DNA of 64,000 bases from an uncultured Chloroflexia bacterium (GTDB lineage Bacteria; Chloroflexota; Limnocylindria; Limnocylindrales; CSP1-4): positions 40,721 to 104,720 of the forward strand of contig CAVRGP010000008.1 in NCBI GenBank assembly GCA_963720755.1. The letters run 5' to 3'. The translations under genes were made by a program, and so were the position numbers. This document shows positions 59,103-64,000 of the stretch, piece by piece (position 1 is the first letter of the stretch; every line of letters begins with the position of its first letter). The notes below the pieces were generated by a model. The model was not told where the DNA came from and ran no database searches. It was given only the letters and a program-made list of their open reading frames with translations.

Positions 59103-60713
59103 TCATGAGCGCTCGCGCGCCTGTAGCTCAGTGGATAGAGCGTTGGGTTCCGGACCCAAAGGTCGCAGGTTCGGCGCCTGTAGCTCAGTGGATAGAGCGT
59201 CGGCTCCGGACAAGGTCGCAGGTTCGAGTCCTGTCGGGCGCGCCATTGCAACCTTTTCGGGCAGCGCCAGCGCCAATCCGTGCGCGTAGGCCGCCGGGGT
59301 GAGCCGGACACCCACGATCTCGGGGCCCCGCGACCGTGATCCGCTCGTAGATGGCGTGCATCAGGTCTGCCCTCTCCTTCGGTACGTCTGCCTGCTGGAT
59401 CGACTCGGCGAGGGCACGCAGCCACTCGATCGCCCGCTCTGCCGGGACGCCGGCCGCCGTGCCGCTCCACGATCGCGTCCCGCTGCCTCGCGGAGCGCCT
59501 TGAGCCGGGCGAGGTAGGCGTCGTCGCCCAGGCTGCCGGCGGCGTGCTCGAGCGCGAGCTCGCGGATCTGCCGGTCGATCCGGGCCCGGTCGATCGCGAC
59601 CGGCCGCCTGGCTCGAGCCGAGGGCCGCGACGACCGACGCGATCGTGTCGTCGTCGAGCGCGATGCCCGGCGACCTGCGCCAGCACCGGCCCCTCCCACA
59701 TCTCGTCGCCGAGCCGGGCCTTGCGGCCCCAGGCTTCGCACGGGTTGGCGTGGAGCTTGCGGTGGCGGCCGTCGCCGAACGTGCCGTCGTTGCGGAGCCG
59801 GCGGCCGCAGACGCACTCGAGGAGACCGCCGAGGAGGTCGACGCGGTCGCGGCGCTTCGGTCCCCCGCCCCGGGTCTTGGCGCGCCGGACCTCCTCGACC
59901 CGCGCCCACAGCTCGTCCGACACGGGCGGGTTCGCCCGCCACGGCGCCGGCTTCGGCGACTCTCGGTCGCTCCGCCGGTGCCGGCGGATCCAGCCGTTGT
60001 AGAGCGGGTTCATGAGGATCATCCGGATCCGGCTCTCGGCGAGCCCGGTCTCCTCGGCGAGGTCCTTGGCGCTCACGTTGCCCAGGGCGTAGCGCTCGAA
60101 CAGGCCGACGGCGATGCGGCATCGCGGTCGGGGTCGATCTCGAGCGTGTGCGGCGGCTCGGGCAGGCGCCGGAAGCCGAGGCCCGCGTGCCCGCCCGGGT
60201 CGTCGCGGTGGTCGAACTTCGCGGCGTAGCCGTCGGTGATCCGCTCGGACAGGCGGCGGCTGTACTTCTCCGCGCCGGCCGCCTCCGAGATCAGCTCGTC
60301 CCAGTCCTGCGGGTCGGACGACAGGATCCGCCGGTCGCACATGACGAGCGCGACGCCGGCCGGGTGGAGGCCGTCCTCGAGGAGCTCGAGCGTCCGCCGG
60401 AGGTTGCGCTGCCAGCGGTCGGAGTACCCGGCGAGGAGCAGGTCGAACGCGCCCGGCCCGCGCCTCGGCGAGCATCTCGGTCATCGTCGCCGAGCGCCAG
60501 ACCGTGGTGCCGCTGTGGGCGACCTGGAACACGAGGCCCGGTGTCGACGAGGCCGTGGCGCTCGATGAACCGGTCCTGCTGCTCGCGCTGGCTCGCCGGG
60601 CCGTAGCGGTCGTACTGGCCGGCGGTGGACTCGCGGATCCAGCGGGCGACCCGCAGCCCGCGGACGTCGTCGAGCGAGCGGGGCAGGCGCTTGAGCGTGC
60701 GGGGTTCCCTCAT
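59103..60713 (-). pseudogene. Large serine recombinase/integrase with multiple frameshifts (real decay or sequencing error)
   Basis: Stitched frames: WIRESTAGQ (catalytic Ser), HSG, YSDRWQRN, ILMNPLYNG, LLGGLLECVCGRR zinc ribbon, coiled coil; 3' end uncertain because it overlaps the tRNA. Confidence 0.85.
59117..59245 (+). tRNA. tRNA-Arg(CCG) locus with internal partial duplication
   Basis: 59117-59173 has an intact D arm and anticodon arm (TTGGG-TTCCGGA-CCCAA) up to TTCG; 59174-59245 repeats the 5' part with a damaged anticodon arm and supplies the 3' end with CCA. Confidence 0.85.
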
Positions 60714-60898
60714 GCCGCCCCGGCCTCGCGCTTCGCGTCCATGACGACCACATTCGCTCTGTTTCGCGCAGCAGCCAAGCGTTCCCGGCGCATCTGCTCC
60801 GGACCCTCGGGATAGCGCCGGTGGAGGGCCTCGACGTAGCGGGCGAGGGCGGCGACGAGCGGATCCCGCTCCACCGGCCGCCGCACCTGCTCGCTCAT
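60710..60898 (-). CDS. Small hypothetical protein directly upstream of the recombinase
   Basis: ATGA overlaps on both sides. Confidence 0.65.
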   Translation of the reverse strand: MSEQVRRPVERDPLVAALARYVEALHRRYPEGPEQMRRERLAAARNRANVVVMDAKREAGAA

Positions 60899-63315
60899 GC
60901 GTAGTCCTCGGGGTGGCAGATGGCACAGGACTGGCGCCCTAGGAGCCCCGAGTAGACGTGGGCGTTGGGGTGGGCGCGGAAGTCGACGCAGTCGATGTGG
61001 CGGTCATCGCCGCGGACGACGGTCAGCCGGGCCGGCTCCACGCGTGCGGGCGCGCCCGCGGGAAGCGCCAACGCCTTCGACCCCTTCGACGCCTTCCAAG
61101 ATGTCGAAGATGTCGAAGGTGCTGAAGGGGAGGGCTCTTCCCGCGTGTGTGCGCGCGCGAGGGCGGCTGAAGGCGTCGAAGATGACGGGGGGTCGCCTTC
61201 GGCACCTTCCAAGGCGTTGCCCGGGTCGCCTTCGGCATCTTCGAAGGCGTCGGCCGCGTGGGCGTCGGGCAGCGCCCAGACCCAGCCACCGGTCATCGAC
61301 GTCTTGCGCGCGACGACGCCCAGGCGCGCCTTCGCACCGCGCGTCGCCGCGACGCCGAAGCCCCGGGCGCGCATCCGGTTCTCGGCGACGGACGCGGCGA
61401 CCGGACCCGCGGCGAGGATCTCCTCGAGCGCCCGGGCCGCCTCGCCGGATCTGGGGCCCGCGTTGAGCATCGTCTCGATCGAGGTCGTCGCCTCGCCAAG
61501 CCACTCGATGCCCGAGACGGATCCGGCGACCCAGCCCGGCGGCACGCGGTCGACGACGTGGTAGCGGAGGGCCTTGTGCGCCCGGGCGTAGTTGAGCTTG
61601 GACACGCCCACGACCTTGGTCTCGCCCGACTCGTCCTCGGGGTCGGCCACGACGGTCCAGAGCGCCCGGGCGGCGCCGACGATGCCGCCAAGCGAGCCTG
61701 CACCCCGGTTGACCGCGGACGCCGTCGTGTCCTTGGAGAAGTGACGGACGACGAGGATCGCGACGCCCGCCGCCTCGGCCGCGGCGGTGAGCGGGTTCAT
61801 CACGCCCTTGCGCATCTCGGCGTCGGCGATCGTGCGGACCGTTGCGTCGATGTGGCTGAACAGGGGGTCGAGGATGACGAGCGCGAGGCCCGCGGGCTCC
61901 GACGCCCGGCGCACGACGAGGTCGGCGAACGCGGCCTTGCCGGACGGGAACACGACCTCGCCCTTGACGAAGCGCACGAGCGACGCGTCGCCGCCGGCCG
62001 CCTCGATCCGCGGCCGCAGCACCCGGCCAGGGTCGTCCTCGGTGGTGATCCACATGCAGCGCTGCGCCGGCGCGACCGCCGGCTGGCCGTCCGGCCACGC
62101 GCGCCCGGTCGTGACCCGGGCGACGAGGTCGGCGACGAGGGTGCTCTTGGAGACGCCCGGGTTGCCGTCCATGAGCGTGACCACGCCCCGCGGCAGCCAG
62201 GCGTCCCATAGCCAGCGGACGGGCTCGGATGCGAACTCGGTGAGCGGCGCGTCCTCGAGCGGCGCGGAGGCTGGGGCGGGGGCCGCGGGCCGTGCGGCGG
62301 TCGCGGGCCCGGCTGGGGCGGCGAGCCCGAGCTCGGCCTTGAACTCCTGCCAGCCCTTGCCCGCACCGCGGTTGTGGAAGCAGTGGCCGAGTCCCTTGCC
62401 CCCGGCATCCTCGCCGACGCCGCAGTCGCCGCCCTGGTCGTCGTCGGGGTGGAAGGGGCACGACGCCAGCCGGTACCAGGTGCGGTCGTTGCGCGAGGAC
62501 AGGCGGTACGCGATGGCGCGTTCGTCGAGCAGCTTGCCGACCCAGCCGGCCGGCATCGGGTCGCGGCCGATGACGACGAGCGGGCGCTCGGCTGCCGCGG
62601 GGTACAAGCTCGGCGAGCCGCTCGCGCGGCACGGGCACAAGCTCGCTCGGGACGGCCAGGATCGCGGACCGCCGGTGCGGCCGGTCGGGCGTGGCGTCGC
62701 CCTTGACCTTCCGGGTGCCGATCAGCGCCACGATCCGCGACGCGTTCGACACGCTCGTGTCGATCGACACGGCGTCCGTGTCGAACCGCGCGGCGAGGTG
62801 CCGCAGGACGCCCTCGACGAGCTGGCGGGACGGCTCGTCGTTCGGCAGGTCGACCGGGTACAGGAGCCAGTAGCCGTTGCCGCTCATCGTCGTCACGGGC
62901 TCGGGCCAGCCGAGCCGTGGAGGTACGTCCAGACGCCTGCGCGCGACGCTCGAGGGCCGCCTCCCGCTCCGCTTCGCTCGCGGAGATGTCGGACGGACGC
63001 TGCGGGTCGATGTCGATCGGCAGCCAGCGGCGCGCGACGACGTCCCGGTCGGATGTCGTCGAGCGCGAGCCCTGCTTGATCCGGTTGGCGGCTCGCGCCA
63101 GGAGCGCGGGGGCGACCGGGTTGAGGGTGATGTAGACGTTCTCCCGGCCGTCGTAGGGCCGGACGGCCGCCGCCAGTGCGACGGGGTCGTCGAAGTACCC
63201 GGAGTCGGTCCGGCGGGATGTCGGGATGCGGACCTCACGGACGTCGCCAGGGCGCGACAGGACCGCCAGGAACGAACGGAGGTCGTCGGTGGGCTCCGGT
63301 GGGCTCCGCGTTCAT
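60895..63315 (-). CDS. Primase-like domain plus AAA_25/RepA-type helicase fusion, frameshifted
   Basis: Stitched frames: YITLNP, WLPIDID, SGNGYW, NASRI, CPFH...HCFH, GNPGVSKST, VILDP, VRHFSK, SKLNY. Confidence 0.8.
61074..61250. repeat. Iteron-like repeat cluster inside the 3' end of the helicase gene
   Basis: 9-bp-period CCTTCGA / TCGAAG units in opposite orientations; a 28-bp direct repeat at 61190 and 61223. Confidence 0.75.
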
Positions 63316-63581
63316 GCGACGGCCTCCGCGGCCGGAATGACCAGGCGGAGGCGGGCGCCCGGGGCCAGCTCGACGCAGCGGATCAGGTAGCCGCGCTCCG
63401 GCAGGCAGCGACCGGACGGCGGGCAGGCCTCGTGGGCGATCGGCAGGCGGATGTACCAGCCGGTGCCGGGATGGGCGAGGAACCAGCGACGGTCCGCCTC
63501 GGACGCCGCGTCGATCGCGGCCTCGTGGAGCCGGTCGACGTGACCGGGCGCGGGACGATGCCTACGCGGCAGAGGTGCCAT
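63312..63581 (-). CDS. Small hypothetical protein of the element
   Basis: ASEADRRWFLAHPG...LAPGARLR; GGAGG RBS; coupled to the primase gene. Confidence 0.65.
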   Translation of the reverse strand: MAPLPRRHRPAPGHVDRLHEAAIDAASEADRRWFLAHPGTGWYIRLPIAHEACPPSGRCLPERGYLIRCVELAPGARLRLVIPAAEAVA

Positions 63582-63881
63582 CCGACTGGCCCTCCGTCGC
63601 CTGGGCCGACCCGGGGGTCTCAACGACCGGGTCGGCCTTCCTGTTGGCCGCGGTGTCGGCAGCCTGCCACGCCGCCCGGATCACGTCGGCGGCGACGGGA
63701 TCCAGGTGGTCGAGTCGCAGGACGCGCGGCGGTCCCCAGCGCTTGCGGATCGGAAGCGCGGCCAGCGGCGACGCGGGCGGGATCCTTGGGGCGGGCGGGG
63801 GTAGAAACAGAAGCAGCCACCGGGACGAGCCCTCCCGGCACCCTCGGGGTGCCGATGGGATCCGCTGGTGGCTGTTGTCAT
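63580..63881 (-). CDS. Small hypothetical protein, probably frameshifted
   Basis: Frame reading RWGPPRVLRLDHLDPVAADVIRAAWQAA; boundaries uncertain. Confidence 0.4.
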
Positions 63882-64000
63882 CGACCGGCTGCGGTGGCCG
63901 ATCGGCCTGTCTCTCTGGTTCTTCGGCTTCTTCGGGGACGTACTGTCCGCACCTATCGTATTAGCGTCGCGCGCCCCGTCTACACATCCCCGGGGCCAGG

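Larger units (their letters stand above)
59246..64000 (-). mobile_element. Integrated element (IME/satellite/prophage-like) at tRNA-Arg, continuing beyond the window
   Basis: Recombinase abuts the tRNA 3' end; co-oriented primase-helicase and small ORFs with ATGA overlaps. Confidence 0.85.

Noticed and set aside
59117-59245. Direct repeat read as a CRISPR array or a tRNA intron
   Set aside because: Only two copies of tRNA sequence, with no spacers or cas genes; the insert is a copy of the tRNA itself
61004-63238. 744-aa ORF as a separate gene
   Set aside because: Only a short internal segment is primase-like; it is one frame of the frameshifted primase-helicase

Overview
Very GC-rich bacterial chromosomal DNA. 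The gene mix suggests a Chloroflexota- or Actinomycetota-like soil/aquatic organism, but that is only an impression. Positions 1-59,100 are densely packed core and accessory metabolic genes: a split corrinoid methyltransferase module with a divergent IclR regulator, an aldehyde dehydrogenase, a nucleotidyltransferase/metallophosphoesterase/APC-permease operon, a PotD/AfuA-type ABC importer, pabB/pabC-like genes, kamA, an MMPL plus lipocalin-like pair, zur-znuACB, an ApbE flavinylation cluster, an sdpRI-like resistance operon, tRNA-Asp and two cyclophilins. A candidate structured sRNA with its own promoter and terminator lies at about 57.14-57.31 kb. From about 59,117 a partly duplicated tRNA-Arg(CCG) borders an integrated element that runs off the window end. 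It carries a large serine recombinase, a primase-helicase with internal iteron-like repeats and small ORFs, and it is riddled with frameshifts (decay or sequencing error). The most interesting items are the ApbE cluster with non-canonical coiled-coil substrates, the NTase/phosphoesterase/APC operon, the candidate sRNA, a recombinase whose C-terminus is encoded antisense to its tRNA target, and a phycobiliprotein-like globin-fold ORF. All calls come from reading motifs by eye; no searches were run. Many start codons were moved downstream of the ORF-track starts.
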